A stretch of DNA of 64,000 nucleotides from an uncultured Spirochaetota bacterium (lineage in GTDB: Bacteria > Spirochaetota > Spirochaetia > SZUA-6 > Fen-1364), in the NCBI GenBank assembly GCA_963781885.1, contig CAWAHW010000002.1, forward strand, positions 32,001 through 96,000, written 5' to 3'. Positions 61,472 to 64,000 of the stretch are shown here, piece after piece. Every line of letters starts with the position of its first letter. The first letter of the stretch is position 1. A program made the translations under genes and the position numbers. The notes beneath the pieces are model-generated. The model did no database searches, was not told the origin of the DNA, and saw nothing but the letters and a program-made list of their open reading frames with translations.

Positions 61472-62830
61472 CTACCCGCTCGTGCCCGGCTTTTCCAGGC
61501 TCATGACCAGGCCGCCGCCCTTGAAGACGGAAAGGCTTCCCGTCGACTGGGAGACTACGATGGCGACGCTCTGGGTGCCCTGCGTGATGGCCGCCGCCGC
61601 GGCGTGACGCGCGCCCAGGCCGGACGGCAGATTCGGCGCCGCCCGCTCGGGCCGCAGGAACGTGCCCGCGGACATGATCACGCCGTCCCCCCGGAGGATG
61701 AAGGCGCCGTCGATCGTGGAGAACTCTTTCACCGTCTCCCCCAGGCTCGGATCGAGGATGTTCTTCTCCTCCACGCTGTAGCCGCGGAAGGGGTTGATCA
61801 CCATCTGCCGGCAGGAGCGGGCGACCTGCTCGTAGTCGCCGAGTACGAATGTCGTGCCCACCGGCCTGCCCTCCCGTCCTTCCCGCGCGATATCGGTGGC
61901 GATCTGCAGCACCTTTTCCAGCACCTGGGGCTCCACGTCTCCAAGCGGCGTGCCGGAAGATCGCCCGAAGACGGTGGGGAACTCCCTGCCCACGTCGATC
62001 ACCAGAAGCGTGTCTAGATACCCGGAGGAGGGCACGCCCGAGACGCTCACCACGGTATCGCCGCGCGCGAGGAGGCCGCGGGAGACGGCAAACAGCAGCG
62101 CGAGCTCCACCTGGTTGGAGCGATTGAGCGTGGGGAAGGGCACCTGGAGGATGCGCGTCGCTTCAGGCCTTTCGGCGGCAAAATCGGTCTTGGAGGACGT
62201 GACGAGGATGAGCTCGACCGGTGAGGGAATGTCCTCCAGGAAGCGCAGGTCGCCCACCGCGTCGGCCTGGAGGAGCACCGCGCGCGCTTTCACCTCTTCC
62301 GCAACGGACAGCGCGTGCGCGAAGAGCAGCCGGGAGAGCCGCACCTTCGCCGACGCCGGCGCGCGTCCCTGCTCGCCGTAGCCGCGCGCCACCAGGAGAC
62401 GCCAGGCTTCCGCGGCGGAGCGGGCGGTGATCACGAGCTGCATGAGGGCGCGGTCGCGGAGGGTGCGCGCGATCTCGGCGAGCAGGAGCACGTGCTCGTC
62501 GGGCTCCTTGTCGGGGCTCACGATCAGGAAGACCAGGTGCACGGGGTCTCCATCGCCAGAATCCCAGGCCACCCCGCTGCGGCTCCTCCCCACCGCGACC
62601 TGTATCCCTTCCAGAGAGGGAAGACGGGCGTGGGGGATTGCGATGCCGGGGCCGATCCAGGAGCTCACGATCTTCTCCCGCGCGGAGACCGCCTCATTGA
62701 CCTCCTCGACGGCGATCGGGCTTTCCTTCAGGGACAAAGCGCCGGCGAGCTCGCGGATGGCCCCCTCCTTGGAGCGGCTGCGGAGCGTGATGATGCGCGC
62801 GGGTAGCAGGTAACGTGCAAGGAGCGCCAT
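61472..62830 (-). CDS. PTS EIIA-domain diadenylate cyclase (DacZ/CdaZ-like)
   Basis: EIIA domain AREK...GIAIPHAR, a middle alpha/beta domain, and a DAC domain EGREGRPVGT, IDGAF, GLGARHAAAAAIT, VVSQSTG. Confidence 0.9.
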   Translation of the reverse strand: MALLARYLLPARIITLRSRSKEGAIRELAGALSLKESPIAVEEVNEAVSAREKIVSSWIGPGIAIPHARLPSLEGIQVAVGRSRSGVAWDSGDGDPVHLVFLIVSPDKEPDEHVLLLAEIARTLRDRALMQLVITARSAAEAWRLLVARGYGEQGRAPASAKVRLSRLLFAHALSVAEEVKARAVLLQADAVGDLRFLEDIPSPVELILVTSSKTDFAAERPEATRILQVPFPTLNRSNQVELALLFAVSRGLLARGDTVVSVSGVPSSGYLDTLLVIDVGREFPTVFGRSSGTPLGDVEPQVLEKVLQIATDIAREGREGRPVGTTFVLGDYEQVARSCRQMVINPFRGYSVEEKNILDPSLGETVKEFSTIDGAFILRGDGVIMSAGTFLRPERAAPNLPSGLGARHAAAAAITQGTQSVAIVVSQSTGSLSVFKGGGLVMSLEKPGTSG

Positions 62831-62880
62831 GGGGACGAGCCTCTTCACAAGTATAGTGGCGCATCGGCCGTAATGCCACC

Positions 62881-63185
62881 CCGGCCACGGTACTCCGTGG
62901 CATTTGCCGGCCACGGTACTCCGTGGCATTTACCGGCCACGGTACTCCGTGGCATTTACCGGCCACGCCGGCCACAGTACTCTGTGGCATTTGCCGGCCA
63001 CAGTACTCTGTGGCATTTGCCGGCCACGGTACTCCGTGGCATTTACCGGCCACGGTACTCTGTGGCATTTACCGGCCACGGTACTCCGTGGCATTTACCG
63101 GCCACGGTATTCCGTGGCATTTACCGGCCACGGGCTCGCTTCCGTGCCTCCATGCACTCGCTCGCCCTCGGCTTCCTGCCTACGG
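62881..63185. repeat. tandem array of nine 26-bp palindromic units plus terminal structured module
   Basis: Unit CCGGCCACGGTACTCCGTGGCATTT(A/G) x9 over 62881-63123, with a 9-bp partial unit at 62959-62967. It is followed by a module shared with 26155-26216. Confidence 0.95.
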
Positions 63186-63253
63186 TAACCGCGGGCCCAC
63201 CTTGGCTCGCATCCTGCTTGGGTTATATTATTAGACAGGAGCATCACCCCCGC

Positions 63254-63571
63254 ATGGCGAACGAACCAGCCCGGATCTTCCAGGAAGACACCGGCCTCCA
63301 GCAGAAACCCCGTCTCCAGGAGCCGAAGCTCTTCCGGGTCATCCTGCACAACGACCACTACACGACGATGGATTTCGTCGTGAAGGTCATCGTCACGCTG
63401 TTCCACAAGCCCGCGGCGGAGGCGACGAAGATCATGCTCGACGTGCACAAGAAGGGCAGCGGGGTCGTCGGCGTGTATACGTACGACATCGCCACGACGA
63501 AGGTATCGCAGGTGCACGAGATGGCGCGCCAGAGCGAGTTCCCCCTGCGGGCAAGCTGCGAAGAGGCATAG
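63254..63571 (+). CDS. clpS: ATP-dependent Clp protease adaptor ClpS
   Basis: FRVILHNDHYTTMDFVV, IMLDVHKKGSGVVGVY and EFPL. Confidence 0.96.
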   Translation: MANEPARIFQEDTGLQQKPRLQEPKLFRVILHNDHYTTMDFVVKVIVTLFHKPAAEATKIMLDVHKKGSGVVGVYTYDIATTKVSQVHEMARQSEFPLRASCEEA

Positions 63572-64000
63572 ATGGACATATCTCCCGAGCTGAACAAGAT
63601 CATCGTCGCCGCGTATCACGAGGCTGAGACGCGCGGGCACGAATACCTCACGCCCGAGCACGTGCTCTTTGCCTCTCTTTTCTTCGACCGCGGCAAGGAG
63701 ATCATCCTCTCCTGCGGCGGGAACATCGAGCGCCTCGCGCGCGACCTGGAGGAGTTCTTCAAGACCCGGCTTCCCGTGGCCCGCAACGCGAAGCCCATCC
63801 AGTCCACCGGCTTTCAGACTGTCATGGAAAGCGCCATCCTCCACACCGCCTCGGCGGAAAAGGATTCCGTGGAGATCGACGACATCCTCGCCTCCATGAT
63901 GGAGGAGAAGGAATCATTCGCCGCGCATTTCCTCGCCCGGCAGGGCATCGACAGGCTCGCGCTCCTCTCCTTCATTTCTCACGGGGTGACCGTGTATCCC
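63572..64000 (+). CDS. clpA: ATP-dependent Clp protease ATPase ClpA, N-terminal part (3'-partial)
   Basis: Follows clpS directly: MDISPELNKIIVAAYHEAETRGHEYLTPEHVLFA...ESFAAHFLARQGIDRL (Clp N-domain). Confidence 0.92.
   Translation, partial: MDISPELNKIIVAAYHEAETRGHEYLTPEHVLFASLFFDRGKEIILSCGGNIERLARDLEEFFKTRLPVARNAKPIQSTGFQTVMESAILHTASAEKDSVEIDDILASMMEEKESFAAHFLARQGIDRLALLSFISHGVTVYP

Noticed and set aside
62881-63123. CRISPR array
   Set aside because: The units are contiguous with no unique spacers, and no cas genes are in the window.
62831-63253. Repetitive peptide ORFs across the array, including extensions of ClpS and the DAC
   Set aside because: The 26-bp period is not a multiple of 3, and the true starts are at 63254 and 62830.

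Overview
A GC-rich bacterial chromosomal window, probably from a free-living Spirochaetota lineage. That placement is inferred from the FapA/DUF342 gene, the PTS-EIIA-diadenylate cyclase fusion and a spirochaete-like lipoprotein, and is not proven. Both ends carry housekeeping and metabolic genes: an AprA/AprB-like pair, aspS, a GH9 hydrolase, aldolase/DeoR, SrkA, a MarR-ABC exporter, rlmN, a 5'-nucleotidase, polB and clpS-clpA. Between them, about 26.2-57.5 kb is a dense signal-transduction cluster with eight histidine kinases, many receiver proteins, a STAS/PP2C module, and HD-GYP and EAL phosphodiesterases. Three observations stand out. (1) A corrinoid protein, an MtaA/UroD-like methyltransferase and a DUF1638-like-input hybrid kinase are coupled in one operon behind a GacA/UvrY-box-like palindrome, which suggests a B12-dependent sensing system. 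(2) A structured repeat family (CACGG-TACT-CCGTG hairpin) shows compensatory base changes and occurs at three loci, including a nine-unit 26-bp tandem array that is not CRISPR. (3) Many genes have a leaderless-type promoter, with a -10 box 6-8 nt before the start codon. About ten frameshifts in otherwise intact genes look like assembly indel errors. No rRNA, tRNA, transposase or CRISPR-cas was seen. All family assignments come from reading motifs by eye, not from database searches.
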